A stretch of DNA of 64,000 nt from contig OZ024741.1 in assembly GCA_964016885.1 (NCBI GenBank), positions 81,468,001-81,532,000 on the forward strand, in the 5' to 3' direction. A program made the translations under genes and the position numbers. Positions 13,588 to 29,007 of this stretch are shown piece by piece (the stretch's first letter is position 1; the number at the start of each line of letters is the position of its first letter). This stretch comes from Eledone cirrhosa. Its lineage: Eukaryota. Under the pieces are notes generated by a model. That model had not been told where the DNA came from and did no database searches. It saw only the letters and a program-made list of their open reading frames with translations.

Positions 13588-14133
13588 CGCTTTCTCTTTC
13601 CTCCATTCCCCATTTTCTTTTTTTTTTTATTTCCCCACTCCTCTTCTCCTATTCTATTCTCTCTGCCCTCTTCACTACCCCCTTTTCCTTCCCCCTCTAC
13701 TGCAGAAATCTCTCTCTATTTAAGGTCACTCCATTTTTCTAGCTCAGTATTGTCTGATGACCATGTGAATATACAGGCAAACCTCCTAACCCAGGACTCA
13801 GACTTCAGCTTAACAATATATATTTATATGAAAATGTAGAATGCACAATAGCAGAAAATAACTGCAATTACAGCCAGTTGCTATAAAATAGCTTATAAAA
13901 ATCGAGAAGGAAAAAAATGTTGTCAGCGGGCGTTACTAAGAATTGAACACCGTATCTCTCAGATACAGGCTAAGTGCTCTCATCAATGTGCTGAAACGAT
14001 CTCTGAATCCTTGTAAACAAAGATTGTCTGCAGCTCGAATTTTCAAAATTATGAAGCGCTGAGGAAATTCGATATATATATATATATATATATTTAAAAA
14101 ATAATAGATATATACATACACACAGGCATACAC

Positions 14134-14181
<48 letters not shown>

Positions 14182-14536
14182 GTGTATGTCAGCAGTTGGC
14201 GCCATTCATAGGCCTTAAAATCTAAGGTAGCGCAATACATGTTACGTGTATGAATCATAATAAAATTGTTCTCATGCACTAAATACACCACTTTTTCCTT
14301 TTTTCTTCCCACTGACCTTTTAGTTGCCCCCCCCCCCCCCCCCACCACACACACTCATACTTATTTTCTGATTGAGTGATCGTAGTAAGATAAGAAAAAG
14401 GACTCGCTGAGTGTGGAATGTTAATTTTACGAGCAAACTGTTCGGTTGATGGAACAACTGAAACAATCCTCGACGAAACCGATGGAGCTCCATTCCACAC
14501 TCACATACACACACACGCACACACACATATATATAG

Positions 14537-14567
<31 letters not shown>

Positions 14568-14581
14568 TGTATGTATGTATG

Positions 14582-15050
14582 TCAGGTCGCTCTCGAGTGC
14601 TACTGGTAACATGTAACCCAATACATCCTGTCTCGACTAAACCGGCAACCCCACCGGGATGAAATACAAGACCCGACAAAGGGTGAAGGAACTCAGCAGA
14701 GTCAACGGCCATCCAAATAGCACCTTTTTTTTCACCTGGGAGTGAAAGGTCCCCAGTTGTTGTCACAACACCTTTCTAAGAGAGGGAAACTCTGAAAAAA
14801 AAAAAAAACCTGTGGCTTCGGAAACATCTAATGATGTTGACCAATTCTCCCTTTCGGATAGTATTTTCGATGCTCAGAGAGTGGGATTGGTAGAGTACAA
14901 GGCCTTTCCCCACTTAAAACAACCTTCAAAGCACAGGCATTGCTTGTTCAGGATATGTTACAAGTTCGTGTAGCCGTAGCCTAAAAGTGCACCATTTTCT
15001 GTAATCTGACAAGCGATTGCAATACTCTTAACAGAGTTTGCAGCCATCAT
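14582..15050 (+). mobile_element. Bipartite RTE-derived short element
   Basis: Starts caggtcgctc directly after (ATGT)n and ends gcagccatcatgtatgt. Confidence 0.8.
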
Positions 15051-15724
15051 GTATGTATATCTGTCTGTCTGTCTGCCTGCATGTCTGTCTGTATGTATGT
15101 ACGAACGTAGGTATGTAAGTATATATGCGTTTGTATGCTTGCTTGCTTGCGCGCGCGTGTGTGTGAGTGTGTCTTATCAACCTAATTTCACTGATTGTTA
15201 TTTCATTAATGTTCTCTATCAGTCAATCAATACATTCGAATAGTTTGATAACCATCTTAATTTTCACAGTCTATCTTTTCTTTCATCTCCATCTATTATT
15301 CATCTTCAGATCGCTTTTTGTTAATCATCTATCTTTTCATTTTGTTTTAACTGTGTCTGTCTTTACGAAGGGGACTGGTTCTTAAAACCGAGAGACACTT
15401 ACTAACAGACTGTTGAGGGGCAGCGGTGTTTTCTCTTGTCAGCTAAAGCAACACCGACTAACTGCTGACTTCTAACGGTTAATATCCCTTGGTGTGTTTT
15501 AACATGGAGGGGCCGAACTCCCACTGTCATCGCCTCCATCTCTCTCGCTCTCCCCATCTCTCTGTATGGTGGGCAAATGGGGTCCCACGTGCTGGCATCC
15601 CCACAGCCCCGGCGGACAGAAGGCGGTTACCGGGGGGTGGTAAGGGAGATGCGCTGGAAAATCATTATGCTGCGATTATGATTTTATTCAGCTTTGTGTT
15701 TTTATTTATTTATTTATCTATCTC

Positions 15725-16020
15725 CGACAGGTTTACGGTCGAGCCCATGGCAGTGGAGACATCTGGTGTCCTTGGCTCTAGGGCCACCTCCCTGCTCACC
15801 ACCATCAGCACAGAGTTGGCTACCCGAAGGTGTGAGCCTCGCGGGCTGAAATGGCTCTTCCAACGCGTCTCCCTCAACATCCTCCAGGGAAACACATTCT
15901 CTACTCTGTCCTCCGGGGCCGCGGGACGGCCAGCGCGTGGGCTCCCAGTTGCTCACAATAGTGAGAGATGGGGAGAGCAGGAGAGAGAGGGGCAGTGACA
16001 GTGGGAGTTTGGTCCTTTTG
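15725..16020 (+). pseudogene. 3' fragment of a CRE-like non-LTR element (restriction-like endonuclease C-terminus)
   Basis: Translation FTVEPMAVETSGVLG...WLFQRVSLNILQGN fits the PxAVETxGxxG...FQRxSxxIxxGN motif recalled for CRE-clade RLE ends. A diverged inverted copy of the 3' part lies at 15505-15660. Confidence 0.65.
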
Positions 16021-16749
16021 TGTTCGGACCTGGTGTATATATATGTATATAAGAGAGAATTTATTTATTTATTCATTTATTCATTTATTCATTTATTTAT
16101 TTATTTATCTATCTATTTAGTACTTCTCTCAACAGTCCACCGGATAATTCTCATATTGCCAGTCCGCCTCTAATGTTTTCACATACTCGATTCTTCTTTG
16201 CGAGCTCTCACCGTTTCTGCCAATACCTCTTTGTAACGTCTCCTCATCCTCATCCTTGTGGCAAATAAAGAAACGGTGGACTGTTACTTTGTTTTCTCGA
16301 TTGCGGATGCATAAAAGGTAAAGTTGACCACTGCGAGATTTGAAACTACAACGTAAAAGCATTTTGTTCGAGGCTCTAACCATTCAGCCGATCGACTGCC
16401 CTTATGATAATAATTACAATAACAATAATATTAATCTTCACACAGAACACGCGTCTTATACAATATGCACCTAATAAATTAAAACAATATGCTTCACACA
16501 AAATATACTCTACGAAATCTATACCCAATTAAATAACACAACGCACATTACACACACAACAGAAAAACAATAAAGTAACACAAGAAACTACAAGCTTAAC
16601 CCCATAATAAAACAAGACTGATGCTGTAGGCTAAAATGAGGAGTCTATATTCCACCGACCCCAACAAAAATATGAACACATAATGCTGCACTCACTTTAG
16701 GAACATGGAGGTAAACCAGAAGATGCAGTAGACATTTCTATGAAAAATA

Positions 16750-17730
16750 ATAATTGTTTCTACTTTTTGCACAAGGCCAGCAATTACCCAGTGCATTACT
16801 GGTACTTTATTTTATCGACCCCGCAAGGTTGAAAGGCAAAGTTAACCTCGGCGGGATTTGAACTGAGAATGAAAGATAATAATGGTTTTTAATTTAGGCA
16901 CAAGGTGAGGGATAAATCGATTACAGGGACCGCAGTGCTTCACTGGTACTTTATTTTATCGATCTCGGAAAGATAAAAGGCACTGTTAACTAAGGAGGGA
17001 TATGAACTCAGATTTTAAACATCCAGAACAAACACTGCACAACATTTGTTAGTTGCTCCACCAATCCTCCATTTCGCCACTCTCAAGAAGAATAGACTCC
17101 AGCACTGGATTAGTACATTGTACATTATATATTGGTCACGAAAGGATGGTAAAGTTAACTCCAACAGGATTTGAAGTCGTATTGAATAAATAATGATAAT
17201 TATTATAATAATTGTTTCTACTTTTGACACAAGGCCAGCAATTATCCCAGTGTATTACTGATACTTTATTTTGTCAACCCCCTAAGGATGAAAGGCAAAG
17301 TTAACCTTGGCGGGATTTGAACTCAGACCATAAAGGGCCGTAACTCTTTGCTTGCAAAACATGGTGTCAGACACTCTACCGATACTAATAATTATTTCTA
17401 ACATCGGTAGAGTGTCGTACAACATGCTTTATGGCATAGAGTTACAGCCTTTTACGATCTGAGTTCAAATCCTGTCGAGGTTAACTTTGCCTTTCATCCT
17501 AACGGAGTCGATAGAATAAAGATAGAGGTCGATTTAATCGAGTTTCCTCTGCTCCCGAATTGTTGGCCTTGTGCCCAAATCAGAAACCAATATTAATTGT
17601 TTCAAATTTAGGCACAAGGTAGTAAATAGTTTAGGGTAGGGATGGGGTGAAAGTCGATTATATCGACCAAATCCTTAACTGGTAGAATGAAAGGAAAACT
17701 TGACCTTGGTGGGATTTGAACCCGTGTTGA
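16750..17730. mobile_element. Cluster of main-family SINEs (mostly minus, one plus at 17400-17590)
   Basis: Repeated SINE central and 3' motifs with AAT tails. Confidence 0.8.
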
Positions 17731-17823
17731 ATAAATTATAATACTAACAATAATCATAATTAACACCCTATTCCTTTGAAGACAAGGCAAAAGTAAGGTG
17801 ATACATTTTCGGCGTCATATCTT

Positions 17824-17874
<51 letters not shown>

Positions 17875-18430
17875 ACACCACCACCACCATTACTACTACT
17901 ACTAGTACTACTACTACTACTAGTTAAATACGTGATGGTAGTCGATGTATCGAAACGAATCATAAGCGAATCAATAAGGAAACGCCATTGATTTCAGTTG
18001 CTTTTGATAAGAAGATATTTACACCTATTCTGCTGTATTATCCGGTCTAGAGATTTCACAGAGAAGCAATAATTATTGAGCCGAACAATTGGCTTCTGTT
18101 GAAAACAAACAATACAAAAAAAAAAGAAAGAAATGAAAGAAATAGCATCAAAAGCAACAAAAAGAAGGAATGGGGGGTGGGGGGGGGGGGGGGGCAAGGA
18201 GGAGGAGGAAGAGAAGATGAAGAATAAGAAGTAAAAGAAGAAGCAGCAGCGGCATCAGTAGCAGCAGCAGCAGAAGAAGAAGAAGAAGAAGAAGAAGAAG
18301 AAGAAGAAGAAGAATGGAAGAAGAAGAAGAAAAAAAAAGAAAAGGAAGAAGAAGAAGAAGAAGAAGAAGAAGAAGAAGAAAAAAGAAAAGGAAGAAGAAG
18401 AAGAAGACGACGACGACGAAGAGAAGAATG
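17824..18430. repeat. (ACT)n, poly-G and (AAG)n simple repeats
   Basis: Directly visible. Confidence 0.9.
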
Positions 18431-18678
18431 AGAAAAGAATAAAAGGAAGGAATATACGAAGAAGCCATCCTCAGCATCTAAAAGAAGAAAACAAAAGAAG
18501 AAAGAAATGTAGACGATAATCTTTCAAATACGTCGGCAGTGAACTAAAACTGAAAGACAGACAGATAAATAGAAAAAGAGAGATATAGAGTGAGAGAGAG
18601 GAGACGTGAGGGAGGTAAATTGAGAGAAACTGACAGAGGCATACACATTCACACGTACATATATAAATAAATAACTAA

Positions 18679-18787
<109 letters not shown>

Positions 18788-20719
18788 ATGAGGAGGACAT
18801 AAAGAAAAAAGAGATGAATAAAAAAAGAAAGAAAGAAAGAAAGAAATGGAAGGAGCCGACATCAAAAGCAAGGTGTAAAAATTTACATATATTTTCTGAT
18901 ATGTAACCGTAAGGAAGCGTCACAAAGAATTGTCTTTTAATTTTTTTTATTTAAGATATGTTTTCTTTTATTTAATGCTGCCAAACACAGGCAGTGGAAG
19001 CATATGGAATGGAGTTGTCTTATCTTGTATAAAAAAAGGTAATACGTTTTTTTTTTATTTCTTATTTCTTTCTTCTCGGTCGAAAGTACTTTTGATATGA
19101 TCAGCTATTGAAAAAGAGTAAAAGAATTGAATATATATCGGCATGCGCATGCTGCACGAATCTGTGTTTTGGTCAAAGAAAATATATGACAACAACCACA
19201 TCAACAAGGACTAAGATAGCAACGACAATATGTGCCTTTTAAAAAGGCTTTTTAGAAGCATATATGTTTAAACAAAACAAAACCATGTATTTATTCGTAG
19301 TCATAATACGAAATAATTCAAGCCGGTAGGATAGATTGTAACAAAAACGAACAGACTTTCAATGAGTTATTTGAGACCATATGTTGAAATTAAAACAATT
19401 ACATCATAAAAGAGTTATTTTAGCCGTTCACTAGCAGAAAACGTTTAATTTACTTTACAACAATCATTTATTTCTTGGTGTCAAAATGTTGGTTGCAGTG
19501 CTTCCGATCTGGTCACCGACACAGCTTTTTAGGTTTTAATGGGTGCTCATTCTAACCTTTTAACGTTTACTTAACTTCACAACGTACAGGCTATGTATAG
19601 TAACAATTATTGGGCTAACTATCATAATGCTTTTACTGGCTATATATTGTAACATTTTAATGTACACACATCGTACCACTCTAATAGGCATCTCTTGTAA
19701 TGTTTTAATTGCAATCTATCCATCGGAACATTTTATAGGCCATCAAGTGTAACATTTTAATTGCCGTCTAACGGAAAGGATGAATGGCTATATAGAGCAA
19801 CATTTTAATTGCTATCCACGGTAACATTTAAATTATCTTCTTCGTCTGTCATCGTTGTTGACATGAAGATTAAGATCCATTACACCCCTGATTCTCTGCC
19901 ATAGTTATAGTGAATTATTTAATAGAAACAATTTGATATTAAGTTATAATTGCATCAAAGAAGAAATATATAAAACGAAAGGAACCGATCGTCTTGTCGG
20001 ATGAACAAAATTTTATTTCCATTGGCCTTACTATTGCTGATAATATCTGCTGGTCGCAATATCTGGCAGAAGCATGATAGCCTTTCCTATGATAGGCGGT
20101 GGAGTTTTAACAAAAACCACAAAGAGTCGGAGAAAATAACACAAAGCATCCTGTCCGACAATTTAAAAAATTCGCCCATCGAAATATCCTTTATTTAGCA
20201 ACCCCGAAAGGATGAAAAGCAAAATTCATATCGATAGGATTTGAACTCAGAGCGCAGAAAGCCTGGAAAATATACTGGATATGAAAAATATAATTACAAT
20301 AAATCCTGTAAAACCAGCAAGGATGAATTGTTCATGCAGAAATAAAAATTCATTTATGCTTTCTCAATCAGCTCTGCAGTACAAAGGAAATTATTTACAA
20401 TATCGAGGTTGTCTCCAAGAAAAAAAATCTGGACACCACAAGAAGAAAAAGAAAACAAAAAATACAAAAGATATTCTTGTATTCTTTTATTCTTTTATTA
20501 GTTTCAGTGATTAGAATGCAGCTATGCTGGCGCACCGCCTAAAGTCGGTCATATCGACTCAATAACTATTTGTTTCGAACCTGATACTTATTTACGATTT
20601 CCTTTTGTCGAGCCACTAATCTAAGCGAATTTTAAGCGAAATAGACACAAAGAGACAAACGGAAACAAAAACGAACATACACGCTTACCCGCAAAAACAC
20701 ACTCACACACACACATATC

Positions 20720-21510
20720 TACACGAAATGGTACAGACGACTGGGAAGACCACACAACAGGGTGGTACTTGATACATGTTTAGGTGCAATTTTGTGCTGC
20801 TCAAGAACAAACACTAAGAACTAACTACATCAAGCATAGAGAAGACCACACAACAGAAAGTGATAAGTGTAGAGTTTGTGGCATGAATGGAAAAACTGTA
20901 TGCATATTACCAATCAATGCACACCACTAGCTTAGAAAGAATATAAGAGACATCACGACAACAGCAAGGATAGTCCATTGGGCACTTTGTGGCCAATATG
21001 CCCGACAAAGCAGAAAAGTAGTACGAACATAACCCTGAGGGCGGTATCGAAAATGATGATCCAAAGATCCTGTGGGACTTATTGATACGGTGTGACCATG
21101 AGATTGAGCATAAGAGACCAGCTATTGTATTAACTGAGAAAAGCAAACAGTGTTGGATCATAGATATAGCCTGTCCAGCTGATAACAAGGTATGTGATAA
21201 AGAAGAAAAAACATTGATAGATATGACAGGTTAGCTTGGGAGGTTAAGCAATTGTGGTCACTGGAAAAGATGGGGGTAATACTTATAGATGTTGGAGTCT
21301 TGGGATAAATGAGTAAAAATCTTGATAAGTACATTAAACAAATAGAGAATGAAATACAAATGGAACACTTACAAAGGACAGCATTGCTTAAAACAGCTCG
21401 AATACCCTGGATGATACTCGAAAAATAATGTTCGCTGGTAATGAACAGGTAACACCGTAAAACATCTCCAGCGTTAGAAGCTGAGCGAAGGAACAATAAT
21501 AATAATACTA
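20720..21510 (+). pseudogene. 3' part of an R4/Dong-type LINE (zinc finger and RLE), decayed
   Basis: Plus-strand translation across frameshifts gives KCRVCG, ENDDPKILWD, HKRPAIV, CWIIDIACPAD, YDRLAWEVKQLW and LQRTALLKTARI. Ends in (AAT)n. Confidence 0.8.
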
Positions 21511-21511
21511 A

Positions 21512-21900
21512 TAATGGTTTCTGATTTAGGCACAGGGTCAACAATTTGGGGGAGGGGAAAAGTCGATTAAATCGACGCCATTAATGGTACTTTATTTTAT
21601 TGACCTCGAACGGATGAAAAGTAAAGCTGACCCCGGCGCGATTTGAGCTCGGAATGTAGAAAGTTTTAACTGAATACCGCAAAGCATTTTGTCAGGTGCG
21701 TTAACGATTCTGCCAATGCACCACCCCGCTAATAATGATGATGATGATGATGATGATGATAATAACAATTGTTTCTACATTTGGCAAAAGACCAGCAATT
21801 TGAAGGGGAAAGTAGATTAAATCGCTCCCCAATGCGTTACTGGTGCTTTATTTCATCGAGGCAAAACTAACCTTAGCGGGATTTGAACTCAGAAGGAAAA
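21512..21900 (-). mobile_element. Two main-family SINEs
   Basis: SINE 3' and central motifs, placed at the (AAT)n tail of the R4/Dong fragment. Confidence 0.75.
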
Positions 21901-22611
21901 GGGACATAATAACGATGATTATGATGATGATGATGGTAATAATGATAATATTATCAATATTAATAATACTAATAATAACAATTAAAACAACGACAACAAT
22001 GAAATAGAGATGACTGTTTTGTCTCTTCTTTGTGGCTTCGAATTCATATGAATCTTTACCAAAACCAGACAATTATTTTATTAATTTATTTATTTGCTGT
22101 AACTTTTGTTGTTCTTCATATTTTTGTTACAACTTTATAATAACACCAAATAAAAAATAATTAAAAAAATGAATGATTAAAAAACAATTAAAAGAGATTA
22201 AAGAATGGACAAAAACAGATTGAATGTTACAAAAATGAGATTAAGATGAATAATGAATAAGGAAGAATGAAAATTGAAAAACAATGAAGCCAAAAGTAAA
22301 GGAAAAAAAAAGAAAGAAATGTAAATTTTGATAAAAAGAGGGAATTAAAAAAAATTAATGAAAATATATTATTTAAAAAACCCCAAAATGTGAGGCGGGA
22401 TAAATAGAATAAAAAAAAAATAGATTTTCAAAATGTGGAAAACGTAAAAAGTAATAAAATAAATATGAATTAAAATCAAGAAAATAAAACATTGTATTAA
22501 CTGTGAAATTAAATGAAATCTTTCGTCCAAGTTTCTTTCTAATATAGTACATTTTTTACCCAGCTCTTGCACTAGGATCAAATCATTTGTTGGTTTTCTT
22601 TAAGTAACGAT

Positions 22612-22960
22612 AATATATTTTCTTTATTGGCCACAAGGGCTGAAACATGTAGGGCAATACAAAAGACAGGAACAGTGGGGGTTTTAATGAATTAGAAAAC
22701 GTATAAACAAATAAACACACAATACAATAAACAATACAATTAGGGGAAAGCACCACTCAGGGGTAGTTTAGGAACCCCACTGATCGGAGAGCATTACAGG
22801 CAGAAGCCACTCATCTCTCTAAACTCTCTGGCTTACAGGCGCTGCCGTCAACCTTTCATATTCTAATAATAAGTTGCCGATCACCTCCATTTCCGAGGTG
22901 TTCGACACCATCACGGTGATGACGTTCGCACATGCCGACGCAGCTCTTCCACGTCCTGGT
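22612..22960 (-). mobile_element. Probable 3' end of a Tx1-like LINE
   Basis: Reverse complement ends cccttgtggccaataaagaaaat, similar to the Tx1 3' end ccctcgtggcaaataaatagaaa at 32228-32250 and to 16253-16273. Confidence 0.5.
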
Positions 22961-23729
22961 TATTATTGGGACACAATAATAATCATAATATAATAAAGGG
23001 AGAAGGACGGGACTGTGTCCTGTTAGTAAAATAAGCTGGATTACTTTGAAGAAATAATGAATGAGTATTAAATAATTTATGTACTAAATTTCGTAGCTGT
23101 TGATTAAACATAAATATTCTTATATATAATTCTTTCTACTTTTGGCACAAGGCCAGCAATTACCTAGTACATTACTGGTACTTTATTTTATCGACCCTGT
23201 AAGGATCAAAGGCAAAGTTAACCTCGGCGGGATTTGAACTCAGACCATAAAGGACCGTAACTCTTTGGTCCTTATATTCTTATATATTCTTATATATAAT
23301 GATTGCTTATTTTAAGATTCACTTCTTTTAAAATTTTAAAATTTCAATATTTCCAGTTACGATAAAACGGACTCTATATCATATCGGTAATATAAACGTT
23401 CATATATTTGCATCGTTATATCATAACGTTTATATTTCCGTCGTTAATTTTCTTCTTTTTCGTTTTCATTACACTTCACCGTAATGCAGTTTATATACAA
23501 TATCATCTTTTTAAATGTATCATGGATTACTTTACTGATTACAGAAGACAGCGTAACACAGTCTTTCTTCAATTTCTGTGCATATTGTCAATTACGATTT
23601 TATTTGACGTATCATATCTACATGCATATATATTTACAGAGATATCCAAAATATTGGCATCGATACAGGCATATAAATAGTAATCGTACAGCTTTTTGGT
23701 GGTATCAGTTAATTATAAGAACATCTGGG

Positions 23730-23810
<81 letters not shown>

Positions 23811-23814
23811 CTCA

Positions 23815-23891
<77 letters not shown>

Positions 23892-24389
23892 CCCTCTCTC
23901 TCTCTCTCTGTATATATATATATATATATATATAAAACGAAAAATCAGTGATGCATCTGAACTCAATTTATTGTGTGTTACAATTGTTTCGCCGACAGAC
24001 AGCTCGAGACACGATCATTGTGTGGATCTGTCTGATTCTGGATCTGCAGGTTCGTCGGACACTTCTAATAATTTCTGATCAAATTTTCTCACTGGGGTGT
24101 TCGCGTCAAAAAACATCATCTTCGCTCGTCCTGCTATTGGCTGTTGTTTTTCTACGTCATCATGAATTTTGACCAATAAGTACTGTCACACTGACCATCA
24201 GCTGTCCTTCCTGCCACACTTCAATGAATCCCTGCTGGGTTTGGTCGTTCACACGTCCACGCACGCACTCACACACACACACACACATATATATACACAC
24301 ACTCACACACACACGCACACAATCATATAAATAACAACATCCGCACGCATATACTCCCGCTATACATACGCACCCAAGATATATATATA

Positions 24390-26300
<1,911 letters not shown>

Positions 26301-26593
26301 TCTGTATTGTTCTTTCTTTCCATATATTTGTAAATTAACCACATCTTTTGTACCTCCGCATATCTATGTTGGTAAAGTTGAATATATGCATATATATGTA
26401 TTGTATACGCGTAGTCATTAATACGTATATAAGTGTGTATATGTGTACATGTGTGTGCATATATGTATAGATTTAATTATGGGCATAGCATTATGCGTGT
26501 ATATTTGTATATATATTTAAGTTTTCCTGCACATGTGTGTATGTATATATATATGAATATATATATATGTATATATATGTATATATATATATT

Positions 26594-26625
<32 letters not shown>

Positions 26626-26694
26626 ACATATCTATCTATCAATCTCTCTCTCTCTATATATATATATACACATGCACATACACGCACACACACG

Positions 26695-26821
<127 letters not shown>

Positions 26822-27171
26822 TGTGAGATACTGTTAACTGCTGAAAAGCTTTAAGAGGAAATCTTTGCGATTTCACGCTATAAGCGAAAACATTGATTAA
26901 TGTAATCCAATGAAATCGTCATGACAGTATGTACGGAATCATCTTATCTGCTCATATCTATCTATCTATCTATCTATCTCGTATAGTATAGACGCGTATA
27001 ACATCGGCTCCTGCCTTTTTGAATTTTTACCCATTGACAGTAAGTGTTTGTCTCTTTATTATGTTGTCTTCGTGCCTTTTAACCACCCGACTAGGTCTGT
27101 AGACGGGTAGTCATCGTATTTTTACCCCTTTTGGGGGTAAAAACTACTCCAAAAAATTTTTGCTGACTCAC

Positions 27172-28983
27172 ATGGTAAAAATTGACGCCATGTCTGTAGC
27201 ACGTGTGGACGATAACGCCACGCTCACTAAGGAAGAAGAGAGAAAGAAGCAAGCGGTACAAAGCGTTTTGCTTTCTCACGTCAATGTTTTAAAAGACTTT
27301 GTAAAAGGCGATATGCCGGACAAACAATTAAATACGGGTGCAAACCCAATTAATTACAACAAAAACACTAACAATGACAAAACCAACACACCAAATGAGA
27401 AAGACAACAACAACAAAAATGAAAATAACACAAACTACGAGAAACAGAACAACTCAAACACCAACAACGAAAACAAAATATCTTTTGCACAGACTGCTAA
27501 AATATCAGTCACCTATGTGCTTGAAGATATAACAAATGCAAAAGAAATGCTTGAAAAAGCAAAAAAATATGTATCGTTTGGCGAAAATGGATCTTTTTCC
27601 ATCAATTCGCCCCTAGAACTAAAAAAACAGACGGAATTACGAACTGTTGTATTCCGTACAATTGCAAACAAAACAAAAAAACCAGCACAACCATCTCAAG
27701 TTGAAATTCAGTTGGTCCTGAAAGAGGCTATGAAAGACATAATTTTCATACAAAAGGATAAACTCTATGGGAGTTTATCCATATTGATGAAAGACGAATT
27801 GGCGGCGAAAAAATACTCTGTGTCGCCAATTCGTTCCACACATTACACCTTTTCCCCCACCTACATGGGTAAAAAAACCCAAAGAATTTGGATAACCACC
27901 ATCACCCCAAACATAAACTACTGGTGGTTACTAACCGGTTTCCTCAACTTAGACGAGGACAACCTTATATCAATAGGGAAGGCATCCGGCGACGCGTTCA
28001 GTGGAACGAGCATTGAAGTTCTGACCCAAATAAGGCCAGAACGTATCGCCCAAATCCCTGAGCGCGTCATGCTGGATGACCGTACCCACCTCAACATTAT
28101 TGTGGAGGGTAGGCGCCCCTCCTGTTACCTCTGTGGCAATAGAAGTCACCTGACGGCTGCCTGTCCCCAGCTCACACCGAAAAAACCATTGCTACCAACA
28201 CCCCAACAACCAACACCACCACCACCCCAACAACAACAACAAAAACAACCACAACAACAACAACAACAAAAATCAACAACACCACCACCACAACAACAAC
28301 AACAAACACGTGAAAAAAACAACACAGAACACTGTCCCACCCAACCCCTCCCCACCCAAAACAAATACAAAAACACACACACCGCAAACACTACCAGAAA
28401 ATATACCCCTCCCACCCAACAAGGAAGACGAACCCCTTTCGTCGCAAGACGAAAAAGATCCCTTCCAAATAGTAAAAAGAAAGAAGAGGAGGCGCACTAC
28501 AGACACACTTATTAACATTAACCCTCCCCAAGAGAAAACAAACTATATACAAACCACCCCTCCCCGTCACACAACACTAACTGCTACGCAAAAAAGACTT
28601 TACAATATACATACATGAACACAGACAACAAAGAACTAATGAACACAATTTCGTCAAACCCTTCGGTCCAAACTGAAGGGCCTAACTTTCTAACTGCTGT
28701 GGGACTACCTCATTTACAAATGGTTAAAGTCCCAATGAACTTATACAAAACGTTGAAAATAAATTTCACGGAGGACGTGGGCCCCCCCTGCTTCAAGCCA
28801 ATCAACCGCGTCCTCCTAAAAAATTTCCCCACCCCCTACCCAGACACCCACTCAACCACAAACACCCCAACCCCACAACACACTGATGCCCCTACACTTC
28901 CACAAACCACCACCCCACCCCAAAACCCATCCCCAACCCTCATGGAAATTGAGCGGCCCGCTCCCCGAGACGCAGAGAGGTAA
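27172..28983 (+). pseudogene. Tx1-like ORF1 (nucleic-acid-binding protein), frameshifted or stop-interrupted in the C-terminal part
   Basis: ORF 27160-28515 contains VEGRRPSCYLCGNRSHLTAAC (CX2CX4HX4C knuckle) and a P/Q-rich tail. It continues in 28310-28618 and 28615-28983. Confidence 0.85.
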
Positions 28984-29007
28984 GTGCCCTTTCTCCTTAC
29001 CACCAAC

